Of a stretch of 32,000 nt of DNA, positions 30,906 to 32,000 are shown in pieces. The notes under the pieces were generated by a model, which saw only the letters and a list, made by a program, of their open reading frames with translations, had not been told where the DNA came from and did no database searches. Each line of letters begins with the position of its first letter. Within the stretch, counting starts at the first letter, position 1. Origin of the DNA: an uncultured archaeon. Lineage in GTDB: Archaea; Micrarchaeota; Micrarchaeia; Micrarchaeales; CABMGC01. The stretch is from assembly GCA_963704435.1 (NCBI GenBank), contig OY969902.1, positions 630,001 through 662,000 on the forward strand. Direction: 5' to 3'. Made by a program: the position numbers and the translations under genes.

Positions 30906-31004
30906 GCAGGGATGGCGGAGCCTGGTCAAACGCGGCAGACTCAAGATCTGCTGACCTAAGGTCTGCGAGAGTTCAAAACATTTGAGCAAATCTCTCTCCC
31001 TGCA
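30906..31004 (+). tRNA. tRNA-Leu (anticodon CAA) with a ~13-nt insertion (putative non-canonical intron) in the T-loop
   Basis: Acceptor GCAGGGA/UCCCUGC, anticodon arm GCAGA-CUCAAGA-UCUGC, variable arm GACC-UAA-GGUC, discriminator A. The T stem GAGAG/CUCUC encloses 20 nt (uucaaaacauuugagcaaau) instead of 7. Removing ~30978-30990 restores UUCAAAU. Confidence 0.8.
30978..30990 (+). other. Putative T-loop intron of tRNA-Leu (junction ambiguous within the A-run)
   Basis: Inserted acatttgagcaaa. Positions 30971-30987 can form a hairpin, guucaaa-aca-uuugagc. Confidence 0.55.
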
Positions 31005-31031
31005 CGCTTCTGTTTCGATGGGGTGGACTAT

Positions 31032-31790
31032 ATGGCAAAGAAAACAAGGAATGCAAGGACGAAGGCGAAGGTCGCCAGGGCGAGCGTCGCCTCCGGAAGC
31101 AAGAACTCCGTGATAGCGAAGCTCAAGAAGGCGAAGATAAAGGACAGCGTGCTAGTGGACATGTCGAGCTACGCGCAGACCGAGGACTTCACGAGCTCGG
31201 CGGCATGCGCGATGATGGTGCTCAAGTACGTCAACCCCAGCTTCAAGTTCAAGAGGGAGCAGGAGTACAGCATCTGGCAGGAGGCCGTTAACGGCAGCGT
31301 CTGGTACGGCTCGAAGTACGGCCTCGCCTACGCGCTGGCGAAGCGGGGCGCCAAGGTCGGCATAATAAGCAACACCAAGGACGAGGGGTACGAGAAGAAG
31401 ATGGCCGTCTACGAGAACGTCAACCTCGACACGCTGCTCGCGTCTTTCAATGAGATAAGGCAGAAGTCGGTGTCGGCAGGCGTGGAGGAGGAGCACGGCG
31501 TGGTTACGCTCGGTACCATAAAGAAGGCGCTGTCGTCCAACCAAATCCCGATAGTGCTCATAGACGCCAGGATAATAAACTCATACCTGGACTCGATGCC
31601 GCACTGGGTCGTCGTGAAGGGCTATGACAAGGACACCTTCTATGTCGTGGACCCGTATTCCGACAGCACGATAACCCTCGGCACTGACGCGTTCAAGTCG
31701 GCGCTGGGCTTCGACAACAACTACCACATGATAGCGGTCAGTGCCCCTGCCGGAAGCGCCAGTAGGGCGAAGCCAAGGCGCGTCGGCTAG
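31032..31790 (+). CDS. Papain-like cysteine peptidase, C39-like domain protein
   Basis: FTSSAACAMMVLKY (candidate nucleophile Cys in a C39_2-like context) and MPHWVVVKGYDKDTFYVVDPY (catalytic His block). The N-terminal ~40 aa are basic, and no signal peptide or TM is evident. The track ORF starts at GTG 31023. Confidence 0.6.
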   Translation: MAKKTRNARTKAKVARASVASGSKNSVIAKLKKAKIKDSVLVDMSSYAQTEDFTSSAACAMMVLKYVNPSFKFKREQEYSIWQEAVNGSVWYGSKYGLAYALAKRGAKVGIISNTKDEGYEKKMAVYENVNLDTLLASFNEIRQKSVSAGVEEEHGVVTLGTIKKALSSNQIPIVLIDARIINSYLDSMPHWVVVKGYDKDTFYVVDPYSDSTITLGTDAFKSALGFDNNYHMIAVSAPAGSASRAKPRRVG

Positions 31791-31797
31791 AAAGCCT

Positions 31798-32000
31798 TTA
31801 CGGGCGGCGCGGCATTCCTGCCTGTCCTGGGGCAGGTCCGCGCGCGAAACGCGCAACGTTCCTATTCCTGTCAAGCCGGCTATAGCAGCCGAGGCACATT
31901 ACCCTGCGTCTGACGATGCCCGCCCTGACGTACGGATCCCTCTCCTGCACGTACCGCGGCGGTATTACTCTTATCCTGTCCCTTTCGATTGGACGCTCGC
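31798..32000 (-). CDS. Unidentified ORF, partial (N-terminus beyond the window end)
   Basis: Hand translation of the minus strand is open from 32000 to the stop (complement of 31798-31800): ...ERPIERDRIRVIPPRYVQERDPYVRAGIVRRRVMCLGCYSRLDRNRN... AGG/ATA codon usage fits the genome better than the plus-strand frames. No family was recognised. Confidence 0.3.
   Translation of the reverse strand, partial: ERPIERDRIRVIPPRYVQERDPYVRAGIVRRRVMCLGCYSRLDRNRNVARFARGPAPGQAGMPRRP

Noticed and set aside
1-32000. CRISPR arrays, rRNA genes, transposases or large dispersed repeats
   Set aside because: Reading the window turned up no regularly spaced direct repeats, rRNA-like segments or transposase/integrase motifs. 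The only repeats seen are the intragenic duplication at ~5040-5850 and short palindromes.

Overview
This window reads as an archaeal chromosomal segment. The evidence is AGG/ATA-rich codon usage, A/T-rich TATA-like boxes about 25-30 nt upstream of many start codons, intron-containing tRNAs and archaeal or eukaryote-type translation genes. All calls come from hand translation and motif recognition; no searches were run.

The housekeeping backbone comprises:
- aIF2-beta and aIF1A (overlapping TAATG junction)
- ribosomal protein S8e, fibrillarin, RtcB RNA ligase and a RIO kinase
- a short XPF/ERCC4 nuclease and RNase HI
- an ornithine-carbamoyltransferase-family enzyme and an FNR-like oxidoreductase
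- a HAD hydrolase, a TRAM protein and a PurD-like ATP-grasp protein
- SRP (7S) RNA
- four tRNAs: Ser-GCU, a CAU tRNA with a 45-nt anticodon-loop intron, His-GUG, and Leu-CAA with a ~13-nt insertion in the T-loop

The accessory and more interesting content is:
1. A tightly packed operon at 12110-18132 for an Epd/Tad-like archaeal type IV pilus. It holds an ATPase, two single-domain platform proteins, six class-III-signal-peptide pilin-like proteins (one a 425-aa Cys- and sequon-rich giant) and a small membrane ORF. A small wHTH gene lies divergently upstream, and no prepilin peptidase is present.
2. An AT-rich islet at about 18300-20060 beside two tRNA genes. It carries an AbiEii/AbiEi pair in reversed gene order behind a 20-bp perfect palindrome.
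3. A soluble GAF-PAS histidine kinase plus a wHTH-REC response regulator whose C-terminal domain looks like a degenerate GGDEF (NGDDF) cyclase domain.
4. A 150-aa unknown protein ending in a ribosomal P-stalk-like tail (EEGLGMIFG).
5. Heavily N-glycosylation-sequon-laden surface proteins, one with an internal duplication.
6. A TPR-AAA+ ATPase.

I saw no CRISPR array, transposase or integrase.
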